Source: the human T2T-CHM13v2.0 reference genome, Homo sapiens
Length of the DNA: 64,000 nucleotides
NCBI RefSeq assembly: GCF_009914755.1
Contig: NC_060930.1
Strand: one strand, 5' to 3'
Each line of letters begins with the position of its first letter. The first letter of the stretch is position 1. The notes beneath the pieces are model-generated. The model did no database searches. It was not told the origin of the DNA and saw only the letters and a program-made list of their open reading frames with translations. Below, in pieces: positions 1-17,262 of this stretch. The translations under genes and the position numbers were made by a program.

Positions 1-1016
1 TGAAAATTCCGAAGACCAGAATGCCTCTTTTCCTCCAAAGGATCACAACTCCTTGCCAGCAAGGAAACAAAACTGGGTGGAGAATGAGTTTGACAAATTG
101 ACAGAAGTATTCTTCAGAAGGGGGTAATAACAAACTCCTCCAAGCTAAGGGAACATGTTCTAACCCAATGCAAGGAAGCTAAGAACTTGAAAAAAGGTTA
201 GACAAATTGCTAACTAAAATAACCAGTTTAGAGAAGAACATAAATGACCTGATGAAGCTGAAAAACACAGCATGAGAACTTCGTGAAGCATATACAAGTA
301 TCAATAATCAAATTGATCAAGCGGAAGAAAGGATATCAGAGATTGAAGATCAACTTAGCAAAATAAAGCATGAAGACAAGATTAAAGAAAAAAAGAATGA
401 AAATGAATGAACAAAGCCTCCAAGAAATATGGGACTATGTGAAAAGACCAAACCTATGTTTGATTGGTGTACCTGAAAGTGATGAGGAGAGTGGAACCAA
501 GTTGGAAAACACTCTTCAGGATATTATCCAGGAGAACTTCCCAACATAGCAAGACAGGCCAACATTCAAATTTAGGAAACACAGAGAACACCACAAAGAT
601 AATCCTAGAGAAGAGCAACCCCAAGACACATAATCATCAGACTGACCAAGGTTGAAATGAAGGAAAAAATGTTAAGGGCAGCCAGAGAGAAAGATCGGGT
701 TACCCACCAAGGGAAGCCCATCAGACTAACAGCTGACCACTCTGCAGAAACCCTACAAGCCAGAAGAGAGTTGGGGCCAATATTCAACATTCTAAAAGAA
801 AACAATTTTCAACCCAGAATTTCATATCCAGCCAAATTAAGTTTCATAAGTGAAGGAAAAATAAAATCCTTTACAGACAAGCAAATGCTGAGGGATTTCA
901 TTACCACCAGGCCTGCCTTACAAGAGCTCCTGAAGGAAGCACTAAACATGGAAAGGAAAAACTGGTACCAGTCACTGCAAAAATGTACCAAATTGCAAAG
1001 GCCATTGACACCATGA
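1..1016 (+). pseudogene. L1 ORF1p, disrupted
   Basis: ORF 657..1016 matches the ORF1p C-terminal domain. The upstream part is frameshifted or has stops. The normal TAA stop appears as CAA at 996-998. Confidence 0.9.
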
Positions 1017-1061
1017 AGAAACTGCATCAACTAATGGGCAAAATAACCACTTAGCATCATA

Positions 1062-4869
<3,808 letters not shown>

Positions 4870-5184
4870 ACAATGAGAACACATGGACACAGGGAGGGGA
4901 ACATCACACACTGGGGCCTGTTGCGGGGTGAGGAGCTAGGGGAAGGATAGCATTAGGAGAAATACCTAATGTAGATGACAGGTTGATGAGTGCGGCAAAC
5001 CACCATAGCATGTATATACCTATGCAACAAACCTGTACGTTCTGCACATGTATCCCAGAGCTTCAGTAAAATAATAATTTAAAAAATTATATAATATATG
5101 CAATTAGAAATATTTATTACAAAAGTATAATTTTTGAAATGAACACAATTCTGTTTAGCAAAGAATTAACTTTATCCAAAGAGA

Positions 5185-5690
5185 GGACTGATTGACCTTT
5201 GGGAAGTAAGCTGTAAATGCTTAGAATTATTCAAATGACGGAAATCTCTCCCCTGTCAACATAACTGAAGGTTTATGCTAATGAGATGACTCAAGGTGGG
5301 GGCTGGCAGTGACAGAAAGACCAACCCAGTGGTTAAAGGTTTGGAATTTGAGCCACATGAAACAGCCTCTAAGGAGGGAGAGGCTCTAAGGAGGGAGAGG
5401 GTGGAGATTGAGCTCAACCATGTGTGCAATAACTCAATCAATACTGCCTACGTAATGAAGCCTCAGTCAATACTCTGGACACTGATGCTTGGTCAAGCTT
5501 CTGGAGTTGACAATACTCTGTGTTTTTCTACATATGAATACCAGAAGGGTAACACATCCTTAAGAACACCCCTGTGCATTTGGGAGCCTGCAACACGCAC
5601 ATTCGACTTTCTGCATCTTTTTTTTTTTTCTGGTTCTGAATTTTTATCCTTTTCCTATAATAAAAAATAATTATAAGTACAGCAAAATTA
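5185..5690 (+). mobile_element. ERVL-class solo LTR (MER21/MER68/MER77-like)
   Basis: Characteristic 'ggagattgagctcaaccatgtg...aatcaatactgcctacgtaatgaagcc...actctggacactga' segment. The subfamily is uncertain. Confidence 0.65.
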
Positions 5691-5709
5691 AAAAGTTTTT
5701 AAAAAATTT

Positions 5710-6350
5710 TTAACAAATATTTCTTGGGTACCTACTAAACCTCAGGCATTATGTTGGAGACTGAAGTCACATTAGAGAAAACAGACAAAATGCAGACTCT
5801 CACAGAGCTTACATTTTGGTCTGGAAGAAAGAAAATAAAAAGCAAAGTAAACAGAATTATAAAAGATTGTAAGTTGCAAAATCATGAGATTTTTAAAAGC
5901 ACAACTTGAGACACATATACTCTCAATAGCAGAGTCAGGAACTATTTCTGTGAGGCAGTCATATTCACACTGCTGTCTAGTGGACGAGAAGGTTCTCAAA
6001 GTGGGGAAGAGCAGGAGGTCTACAAAGGCCTTGAGGGGGATCAATTCAGTATGTTTGTACAGTAGAGAGATGGCTGCTGTGATATAGGGCCAAAGCAGGG
6101 GATCAGGATTAACCAGGGAGGGGGCAGAATCACATCAAGTGTGAAACGTAGGCAGAGGCCAGGTAACACACAACCTTGTGGTTGAAATTTTATTATGTTA
6201 GATATCGGAAGACTTTAAAAGGTTTTAAGCAGGGAAGTAGCATGAGTCTACTTACGTTTCCATCAAAATATATTTATTAAGTGCCTACGGTGTGCCAGGC
6301 ATGGGTTTAGACACTGGGGACATAGCAGTGAACAAAATAGACACAAATAT
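5710..6350 (-). mobile_element. L2 fragments (two 3' ends)
   Basis: Reverse-complement L2 3'-end motifs at about 5712 and 6268 ('atttattaagtgcctacggtgtgccaggc...ggggacatagcagtgaacaaaatagac'). Confidence 0.7.
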
Positions 6351-6813
6351 CAGGTGGCATAGAAATTTCATTATAGTGTTTTAAGAATATCCTAGTGATT
6401 GCTGAGTGAAGAAGGGATCAGGGCAGCCAAGACTATGAAACGACCAATAAGAAATTTCTCACCAGATTCTAATAGACAGATGATGAATGCAGGTCTCCAG
6501 TTGAATGACTCACCTAGCCTGGTATGATTGTATGAATAAGATGATTTCAATGCACATTCATTGTCTTTTAAAATCCAACCAGTATAAAGTGATATACAAC
6601 AAAGAATGCACAATAATCATTAAATCAAGATATATTATATACAAATATAAATTCCAGATGGATTAAAAATCTTAACATAGATAACAACCATAAAATGCAA
6701 AGGAATATTTTTTCAATTCTGAGGCTCAGAAAGCCTTTCTAAGCATAGCCTGAAACCCAGAAACAATAAAGGAAAAAAATGAAAAGTTTAACTACATAAA
6801 AATAAAAAGTCTT

Positions 6814-7120
6814 GTCAGGCACAATGGCTCACATCTTTAACCCAGCACTTTAGGAGATTAAGGCAAGAGGATTGATTGAGGTCAGGAGTTTAAGACCAGC
6901 CTGGGCCACATAGTGAGACCCTGTCTCTGCAGAACATTTTTAAAAAATGAGCCAGATATAGTGGTGTGTGCCTGTGGTCCTAGCTACTCAGGAGGCTGAG
7001 GCAGGAGGATCACTTGAGTCAAGTGGTTCGATGTTACATGAGCTGTAATTGTGCCACTGCACTTCAGCCTGAGCAACAGAGCAACACTCCATCTCTAAAA
7101 TATATATATAAAATAAAAAT
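6814..7120 (+). mobile_element. AluJ (old)
   Basis: Dimeric Alu with J-type 'ggaggatcacttgag' and 'gtgagaccctgtctc', heavy CpG decay and an A/TA tail. Confidence 0.9.
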
Positions 7121-8219
7121 AACTCTGAAAGGCAAAAATCTCATAAATCTAGTTTAAAACACAGCAAAACCTGGGGGGTGGGGAGAAGCTGGCAAAATGC
7201 ATATAAGGCATTAATAGATAATACAGAAAGACCTCCAAGAAATCAATACAAAACATTTTTAGAAGTCCATTTTAACTTCTGTCAACATTAGCAGGACATC
7301 TAATTTGAATGCCCACTACTGTGCTCATTCGAGAAAGTTCAATAAATATCTTTTCATGCCTAACATGTACTAAGGGCTAGAGAGATCAGTATAAACACAA
7401 CAGATGTGTACCACTCTCTCAGGTAACTTACAGTTTGGATTTGATTCTTACGTGATAAAAGCATTCCATTATAGGATCATCTCTCTGTGCCCACAGTACT
7501 AATAAATAATTCTAATCCATTTGTTTATTTATTTCTCCATAGTTCTATTATGTTTTCCATTGTTTTGGAAATATTATAATTCTCATGCTACAGGGTCCCA
7601 CAATGGGGTAATGTATATTTTTAAGGAATATTTCCTGTTTCTTAATTCATCATACTTTTAACCAACTTATTGGGCTCACATTCTGTACCAGGCTGTAATA
7701 TATGCTAGGACTATAAAGGTCAGTAAAGGTGATTCCTGTTCTCAGGGAATTTACAGCCTAGGGGGAACAAAGACTAATTTATCAGGAAGCACAGAATGGC
7801 AGATGCATGCTCTCATAGAGGAACATATGGAACTGGATAGGAACAGAGAGGGGCCATCCAAATCAGACTCAGAGTAAGGAAAGGACATGGAGGCTTCTGG
7901 GTTGATGGTGGTAACATTTCATAAAATCTCTGGGTTTCAGCCAAGTGAAGAAGGGGAGGGGCCTCCTCAGCAGAGGGACTAGAAAGTGCCAAGGCAGGAG
8001 TGAAGCAACATGATGTGCCTGGAAAATCTCTAGAAAGTGAAGTGTTTATGACAATCAGGGGCAGTAGATAAGGTTAGAAGGCAGACAAGGAAGCTCTGCT
8101 GAGGATTTAAAAATTATTCTGAAAGCTATGGGGAGCCACTGAAGAAATTTAAGCAGGGGTTTAAATTCCTTTAAATTTAATAATGACTACCCTGAAAACA
8201 GTGTGGAAAAGATAATTAG

Positions 8220-8534
<315 letters not shown>

Positions 8535-8917
8535 TTAGGTGGTAATTGCATAAATCCATCTTAAAAGTGATGAGAACTGAATGAAAGCATGCTGGATCTC
8601 CTGTTATGAATCCAGCAGAAAATTTTAAAACATAGTTGATGACCTATTGGAGGGGAGGGATGGAAGGATAAATGAAAGAGATGGGTTCAAGATGGCTCCA
8701 AGTTTTCTAACCTGGATGCTGCAGTGAATAATGGTTCCATTCATGAAGATAAGGCATATAAGAAGAGCAAGTTTGGAGATAAATAGGATAAACTCCAGCT
8801 GGTCATATTGGATTTCAGGTGAATTGACTATCTAACTGAATATGTCCAGGAAGCTAGTGAGTATGTGGGTCAGGAGCTCAGGAAAGACGACTGCACTGAA
8901 CATTAAGATTTGTTACT

Positions 8918-9207
8918 GGCCTGGTGCGGTAACTCACGCCTGTAATCCCAGCACTTTGGGAGGCCAAGGCAGGCAGATAATGAGGTTAAGAGATCAAGAC
9001 CATCCTGACCAACATGGTGAACCCCGTCTCTACTAAAAACACAAAAATTAGCTGGGCATGGTGGCATGCGCCTGTAGTCCCAGCTACTCGGGAGGCTGAG
9101 CAGGAGAATTGCTTGAACCTGGGAGGTGGAGGTTGCAGTGAGCTAAGATCATGCTACTGCACTCTGGCCTGGTGACAGAGACAGACGCTGTCTCAAAAAA
9201 AAAAAAA
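8918..9207 (+). mobile_element. AluSc-like
   Basis: Full dimer with 'gaggttaagagatcaagacc' and 'cctggtgacagag' Sc-type features. Degenerate TSD aagatttgttact / aagatgttttacc. Confidence 0.88.
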
Positions 9208-9989
9208 GATGTTTTACCAAATAAGTTGTAACAGAAACCATGGGTTAATATGAGATCACTCAGGGAGAAGATGTGGAATGCAAAGAATAGGTATATTAAA
9301 AGGTAGTCCTGAGAAACCAGTTGAGAGGGAGTGGAGGAGAAGAAAAAGAAAAAGAGGAGTCAGAGGGAAAAGAGAATATTCAGAAACCTGTAATGACACA
9401 AATCCAGTGAAAGTTTTAGGATGTGTCACTGATATATTGCAAGGTACAGCTAAAATATAAATTTGTCTCTGAGCAACGTCCTTTAGTTCCACAGATTTAA
9501 GTGGATAAGTAACCAGATAATTAGAATAGAATGTATGTTAGGTGAGTTTACAATGGGGTAAGGTACATACCTATGTGAGCCCACAGAAAGGCTGGAAAGT
9601 TGTTAATGTTGTGTGCTGCTATTGTTGTTTTCTGAAGAAAGTGATGCCCAAAACAGACTTGAAGGAAAAAATTGAGTTATTTTAGTGAGGTGTTGATGGA
9701 AGATAGAAAAAGGTAATCCAAGAAGAGAAAATATATTCAAAGACCCCAAGGCATGAAAGGATATGATTAGAACAGAGTGTTAAGAAGGACATTAGCAGAG
9801 GTCAGATTGTGCAGGATCTTGTGAACTTAGGTAACGTATTACTTGTACGTAGATGATTCCCAAGTGTTTATGTATATACAGTCTCTAACTCTTTCTAAAC
9901 CTCTATTTTGTCTTCCAATTACCTTCTAAAATTGTTCATCTGTTAGTCTCAAAATATATAAAAGCTAATTATGCTTTAGTAATAATCCT

Positions 9990-10205
9990 GTGGACTCATG
10001 AACCAGGCTGCCTTTATTTGATCCCTGCTCTTTCACTCAACACTGTATTGAACTTAGCCCAGTTACTTAGCCTTTCTATGTACTGGTACCTCATCTATTT
10101 GGTGGGGATAATGATAAGAACTACTTCATAGGATTTTAATGAACATTAAATGAGTTAATACATGCAAAGTGATTAAAACAGTGTCTGGCAGAGAGTGAGC
10201 CACAA
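9990..10205 (+). mobile_element. MIR
   Basis: MIR core 'cagttacttagcctttct...cctcatct...ggggataat...attaaatgagttaatacatgcaaagtg...acagtgtctggca'. Confidence 0.75.
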
Positions 10206-10324
10206 TAATTATGTATAAAACTAAGTATATCAACATTTCTGAAACTTTGTATTTCTATATTTACTCTCCATATCAATGGCTCACTATCTTCCAGTCATAC
10301 AGGTTGGAATCTTGATGTCACCCA

Positions 10325-10435
10325 CTAGAATGTGAGCTCCATGAGGGTTGGGAGTATGCCTACCTTGTTGTTGGCACCATCTAGAGTGCGCTTCACACTG
10401 GAAGCTCAGTGAAAATTTGTTCAATAAATAAATGA
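10325..10435 (+). mobile_element. L2 3' end
   Basis: 'ctagaatgtgagctccatgagg...gctcagtgaaaatttgttcaataaataaatga'. Confidence 0.65.
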
Positions 10436-10642
10436 CTCATGATGATTCTCTGTCACTTACTCTTAAAATCTCAGCTGTCAAAACCTATTAATCCTACTTC
10501 TATAAGATCATTCACTTGTATGTCTTCTTCTTTGTCCACTGTCTCCACTTTCACTTTTTGGTTGAGTACTATAAGGCCACTATAAAGTCTTCTAACTGGC
10601 CTCTGTGTATCCATTTTCCTTTTCTACCCAGGCTCCCTGTCC

Positions 10643-10644
<2 letters not shown>

Positions 10645-10684
<40 letters not shown>
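10645..10684. repeat. (CA)20 microsatellite
   Basis: Perfect CA run read directly. Confidence 0.97.
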
Positions 10685-10685
<1 letters not shown>

Positions 10686-10758
10686 CTCCATGGACTCATT
10701 GCCACTAGATTCAGATTTTTAAAACAGTTTTGATCCAAATACAAACATGTTATCCTAG

Positions 10759-11070
<312 letters not shown>

Positions 11071-12367
11071 GAGACCTTTTATAATATCACTCTAATCTAC
11101 TTTCCCAGTATTGAGTTCTGAATTGGATCATAGAACGAAAAGGGAAACAAATACATAACATATATTTTTTGCAATGTATGCTAAATTACAAACAATATAG
11201 TAAAGATGATATGTACTATCTTTTGAGAGACATTCCTGTAACTCTCTCTTAAGATTGGTGTAACTTAGAAATGTTTATAATAAAAGATAGTATTAGATGA
11301 ACCTTGAGAGAAATGTAGAACTCAGATGAGCAGAACAGTAAGCAAAGTGTATTCTAGGAAGGCAGAAAAAAGATGTAAATATAGAAATGTCTAGGGCATG
11401 TAGATATGAGATATTCAAGGAAGGCAGATAAGGAATCATGGGGTCTGAGCTTTGATGGTAAAGTTCAGACACGAGATAATTGAGGATATGTGGGTCCATG
11501 TTGACAGAAAGCTGTTTGGAGGAAAGAAAAGATAAGCACAGATTCAGATCTATTAAGTTCCAGGAGAAAAAGGTCCCAACAGAAATATTCAGTGAGAAAG
11601 GGCTTGAACTTAAGTTACTATTATGGGTTGAACAAGAAATTTGGGAGTCATCTAAACATAGAAGGTTGTTGTAATCACAACAAAGAGTGTGCCCATATTG
11701 AGGACATAAAAGATGAAAAGAATTCATAGCAGAAGACAGATTGGTAACAAAGAGAAAACCAATAAAGAGCAGTTTCATCTACATCAATGGAGAAAAAGAG
11801 ATTTTAAAGGAAGAATCAACCGTGTTAAAATTATTGGGTAGAGGTGGAAGAAAATAAGCATCGGCTGTGTCATTGATTTAAAGCCTATTGTCAATCTTGA
11901 AAAAAAAGAGGGTGCTAAGAAACTAAATTGCATCCATTCATTTCATAAATAACTATTGAATATCTACTAAGTGCCAGCCACTGAAGTGGATACTAAAAAT
12001 ATAATAGGGAACAAAATAGATAGGGTCTTTAACTTCAGAAACCTTAAGACTGTGAAACAGACAACCAGATAGTTAGAATAGAATGTATAGATGGGGGGGT
12101 CCCCTATGAAAGCCCACAGAAAGGCTGGAAAGTTGTTAACGTTGTGTGCTGCTATTGCTTTTTTCTGAAGGAAGTGACGCCCAAGGCCGACTTGGAGGAT
12201 AAATTGGAGTGAGTTGAGTGAGGTGTTGATGGAAGAGAGAACAAAGGTAATCCAGGAACAGGAAAATATGTTCAAAGACCCAAGGCATGAAAGGAGGTGA
12301 TCAGAAGACAGAGTGGAGAGACAGGACATGAGTAGAGGTCAGATTGTGGAAGGCCTTGTGAACTGAG

Positions 12368-12933
12368 CGTATTAGTTAGGGTTCTCTGAAGGGACAGAAC
12401 TAATAGGTTACATGTATATATGAAAGGGACTTTATTAAAGAGAATTGATTCACACGATCACAAGGTAAAGTCCCACGATAGGCAGTTTGCAAGTTGAGGG
12501 GCAAGGAAGCCAGTAGTGGATCAGTCTGGAGTCCCAAAACCTCAAAAGTAGGGAAGCTGACACTGTAGCCTTCAGTCTGTGACTGAAGGCCTGAGAGTCC
12601 CTGGAAAAAACACTGGTGTAAGTTCAAGAGTCCAAAAACCAAAGAACCTGGAGTCTGATATTCAAGGTCAGGAAGCATCTAGCACAGGAGAAAGATGAAG
12701 GCCAGAAACTCAGAATGTCTGCTAATTCTACCTTCTGCCTGTTTTTTACTAGCTGCACTGGCAGCTGAGGAAATGGTGCCCACCCAGATGAAGGGTAGGT
12801 CTTCCTCTCCCAGTCCGCTGACCCAAATGTTAATCTCCTCTAGCAACACCCTGGCAGACATACCCAGAAACAATACTTCAATTCAATCAATCCTTCAACC
12901 CAATCAAGTTGACATTTAATACTAACCATCACA
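12368..12933 (-). mobile_element. MLT2A2-like LTR (3' LTR)
   Basis: Plus strand begins 'cgtattagttagggttctc' and ends 'ctaaccatcaca'. It is followed by 'aatccacccctt', the polypurine tract on the minus strand. Confidence 0.9.
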
Positions 12934-13375
12934 AATCCACCCCTTGTCAACTTGAACCCATATAGATCTCCAAATAAAGACAATAATAAGGTCATAATTA
13001 TGCCTAACATAATACAGCTATCTTTTGTACAACCAGAAGTGCACTAATCCTTAACCTAAATGTTACTACATAAAGTTAACAACACTTAATGCTGATATGG
13101 AGTCAATAAATCTTATGTTGCATGATAAAGGAAAAAGAAAGGAAATAAAATGAAGATATTTTCTTAGTACAAGTATATATATATACACAAACATTTTCTT
13201 AACAAAATAAGGAGGAAATATTCATGACAATTACAGTCCTCGTTTCTGCAACTGGTCACGTGGTCATAGCTGGTATTGACGACTATCTTCTTCTACTACC
13301 CATCCTGTATTCCCTTTGCCTTCAGCTAGCACCTCAGCAGGCATGGTTTTTCACCTGGTGGAGTGAACCAAACCT

Positions 13376-14309
13376 TCATTCCTGAAGAGTCTGGGCCGTT
13401 TGTAGTCCCTGCATGACTGGGTTGTTGTAGTTTCCCACTGACTTAATCACAGGGCATGGTAATACTAAGAGATGCCCGAAAAGATCTCCTGCATTCCACA
13501 CATACTCTTCCTTACCTCCATTGTGGAGTGGTAGACTTTCATCTTGATAGTCTAAGGTCAATCACCCCAACCAACACTCTAACTCCCTTCTTAGCCTGTT
13601 AATTTAGAAGTAGGAGGAACCCAACATGGCCAGGTGGCAATCTTTTTTTTTTTTTTCCTAAATAATTTTTATTTATTTATTTATTATTATTATTATTATA
13701 CTTTAAGTTTTAGGGTACATGTGCACAATGTGCAGGTTTGTTACATATGTATACATGTGCCATGTTGGTGTGCTGCACCCATCAACTCGTCATTTAGCAT
13801 TAGGTATAACTCCCAGTGCTATCCCTCCCCCCTCCCCCCACCCCACAACAGTCTCTGATGTGTGATGTTCCCCTTCCTGTGTCCATGTGTTCTCATTGTT
13901 CAATTCCCACCTGTGAGTGAGAACATGTGGTGTTTGGTTTTTTGTCCTTGTGACAGTTTGCTGAGAATGATGGTTTCCAGCTTCATCCATGTCCCTACAA
14001 AGGACATGAACTCATCCTTTTTTATGGCTGCATAGTATTCCATGGTGTATATGTGCCACATTTTCTTAATTCAGTCTATCATTGTTGGACATTTGGGTTG
14101 GTTCCAAGACTTTGCTATTGTGAATAGTGCTGCAAAGGTGGCAATCTTAACTTCCAGTTTAGTGGAATCATTGTTGTGTCTCCTGGTGACAGCATTCCTC
14201 CCTCTGGAGTTAAGACCTCTAGGCCAGCAGAATGTCGGGTAACAGAAAGCAAAAATTTTGCTAGTGAGTCACTGGGGGTGATGGTGAGTGGTGCCACTTC
14301 AACTTCCAC
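13376..14309 (-). pseudogene. HERV-L dUTPase region, split by an L1 insertion
   Basis: ORF 14115..14309 gives AGLEVLTPEGGMLSPGDTTMIPLNWKLRLPP, which continues past the L1 as (L)PPGHVGFLL. Downstream is GGKEEYVWNAGD. Confidence 0.8.
13645..14135 (-). mobile_element. 5'-truncated L1PA3-like fragment inside HERV-L
   Basis: L1 3' UTR on the reverse strand. TSD aggtggcaatctt at 13632-13644 and 14136-14148. Confidence 0.93.
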
Positions 14310-14329
14310 CCCTTCATTCCTGAACCCAT

Positions 14330-17030
14330 GAATCCTGGCTATGGGAAAAAGAGTACCATATATTGGATCCTAATTTAGAGCATACATAGCCTTCTGAAAA
14401 GCCCTGAAAAGCCCTGTCACCTACTTGGTGTTGTAATTGTGACTTCAAAAGGCCATTCCACCCATCTATCAATCCAGCTGCTTCAGGATGATGGGAAACA
14501 TAGTAAGACCAGTTAATTCCATGAGCATGAGCCCATTGCTGTACTTCTTTAGCTGTAAAGTGAATGGCTTTGTCAGAGGCAATGCTGTGTGGAATACCAT
14601 GATGGTGGATAAGGCATTTTGTGAGTCCACAGATGGTAGTCTTCGCAGAAGCATTGAGTGCAGGATAGGCAAACTCACATGGGGAGTAAATGTTTATTCC
14701 ACTGAGGACAGACTGCTGCCCTTTCCATAATGGAAGAGGTCCAGTATAATCAACCTGCCACCAAGTAGCTGGCTGATCATCCCGAAAAAAGGTGCCATAT
14801 CAAGGGCTCAGTGTTGGTCTCTACTGCTGGCAAATTAAACACTCAGCAACGGCCATAGCCAGGTCAGCCTTGGTGAGTGGAAGTCCATGTTGCTAAGCCC
14901 ATGTGCAACCTCCATCCCTGCCACGATGGCCACTTTGTCCATGGGCCCATTAGGCAATGACACGGGTGGCTGGGGAAAAAGGCTGAGCAGTGTTCACAGG
15001 ATGAATCATCCTATTCACTTGATTATTAAAGTCCTTCTCTGTTAAGGTCATCCTCTGGTTAGCATTCACATGGGATACAAATATCTTCAGTTTTTGACCA
15101 CTCAGAGAGGTCCATCCACATCCCCCTTCCCCAAATTTCTTTGTCACCAATTTTCCAATCATGTTTCTTCCAAGTCCCTGACCAGCCAGTGAAACCATTG
15201 GCTACAGCTCATGAATTAGTATATAATCACACATCTGGCCATTTCTCTTTCCAAGCAAAGTCACTGCTCGAAGTTCTGCCCACTGGGAAGATTTCCCTTG
15301 GCCACTTGTTCTTCAGGAATGTCCTAGAAAGGGGCTGTAGTGCTGTAGCTGTCCACTTTCGGGTGGTGCCTGCATATCATGAATGGCCTTCTGTAAACCA
15401 GGCCCTAGTCTCCTCTTCCTCTGTCAACTGATCTTAGGAAACTCCCAATGAGGCCATCAGTGCAGGCTGGGGGAGAGAGGGCAGGGTGGCAGGAGTGGAG
15501 ACCATGGACATTTGAGCCACTTCCTCATGTAACTTACTTGTGTCTTCAGGAGCTACTCAAATCCAATCAAGTATAAATAACTTCCATTTCATGATGGAAG
15601 GCTGCTGAAGTGTGCATGCCCCACTTTATGGCTAGATGGGTCAGAAAGCACCCAGTTCATGATAGGCGGTTCAGGTCACATGGTGACTTGATGACTCATA
15701 GTCAAATGTTCAGTTTCTACCAAAACCCAGTAACAGGCCAAGAGCTGTCTCTCAAAAGCAGAGTAGTTATCTGTAGAAGATGGCAGAGCCTTGCTCCAAA
15801 ATCCAAGAGGCCTTTGCAGTGACCTATGGGGGCGTGCCAAAGGCTCCAAACAATATCCCTATCTGCCACTGACATCTCAAGTCCCATTGGATCTGCTGGG
15901 TAATATGGTCCAAGTGGCAGAGCAGCTTGCATAGCAGCCAGAACCTGTGGCAGAGCCTTCTCTTGTTCTGGACCCCACTCAAAACTGACAGCCTTTCAGG
16001 TTACTCGATAAATGGGCTGGAATAACAAACCTAAATGAGGAATGTGTTGCCTCCAAAATCCAAATAGGCCCACTAGGCATTGTGCTTCTTTCTTGGTTGT
16101 AGGAGGGGCCAAATGCAGCAACTTATCCTTCACCTCAGAAAGAATATCTCAACCAGCCCCACAACTACCGGACCCCTAGAAATTGTACTGAGGTAGAAGG
16201 TCCATGAATTTTAGTTAATTTCCCATGTCATGACACTCAAAAGTCTCATCAATAAGTCAAGTGTGTTTGCTACTTCTTGCTCACTGGATCCAATCAGCAT
16301 AATGTTATCAATTTAATAGACCGGTGTGATATACTGTGGAAGGGACAAACAATCAGGATCTCTGTGAATGAGATTATGATAAAAAGCTGGAGAGTTGATA
16401 TACCCCTGAGGTAGGACAGTGAAGGTATATTGCTGGCCTTGCCAGCTGAAGGCAAATTGCTTCTGGTGGGCCTTATGGACAGGAGTGGAGAAAAAGGTAT
16501 TTGCCAAATCAATGGCAAATGGCTACATACCAAGTGCCAGGAGATGTGTTAATATGTTTCAGCAATGAAACCACATCTGGTACAGCAGCTGCAATTGGAG
16601 TCACCATTTGGTTAAGTTTAAGATAATCCACTGTTATTCTCCAAGATCCATCTGTCTTCTGCATAGGCCAAATAGGAGAATTGAACAGGGATATAGTGAG
16701 AATCACCACCCCTGCGTCTTTCACGTCCTCGTTGGTTGCACTAATCTCCACAATCCCTCCAGGGATATGATACTGGTTTTGATTTACTATTTTTCTAGGT
16801 AGAGGCAGCCCTAATGGCTTCCATTTGGCCTTTCCCACCATAGTAGCCCTCACCCTAACAGTCAGGGATCCAATGTGGGGATTTCTAAGAATGCTATGCC
16901 AATTATGCATTCTGGTACTAGGGAAATGACCACAGGATGAGTTTAGGGACCCACAGGACCCACTGTAAGTTAGATCTGAGCTAAAACTCCATTAACTACC
17001 TGACCTCCATAAGGCCCTACTTTAACTGGA
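14330..17030 (-). pseudogene. HERV-L pro/pol (RT, RNase H, integrase) remnants
   Basis: [21 protein letters not shown] (16509..16910), QFAFSWQGQQYTFTVLPQGYINSP (16313..16507), ALPLGPYYPADPM (15717..15932) and IFVSHVNA. Confidence 0.9.
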
Positions 17031-17262
17031 TGTATTAGTCAATTTTCACGCTGCTGATAAAGACATACTGAGACTGGGTAATTGACAAAGAAAAAGAGGT
17101 TGAATAGGTTCATAGTACCACATAGCTGGGGAGGCCTCAAAATCATGGTGGAAGGCAGAAGGCTTGTTTTACATGGTGGCAGGCAAGAGAAAATGAGAAC
17201 CAAGCGAAAGGGGTTTCCCTTTATAAAGCCATCAGATCTCGTCGGACTTATTCACTGTCAAT
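17031..17262 (-). mobile_element. THE1C-like MaLR LTR, truncated
   Basis: 'tgtattagtc...cacgctgctgataaagacata...gagaaccaagcgaaaggggtttccc...catcagatctcg'. It stops abruptly against gag sequence. Confidence 0.88.
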
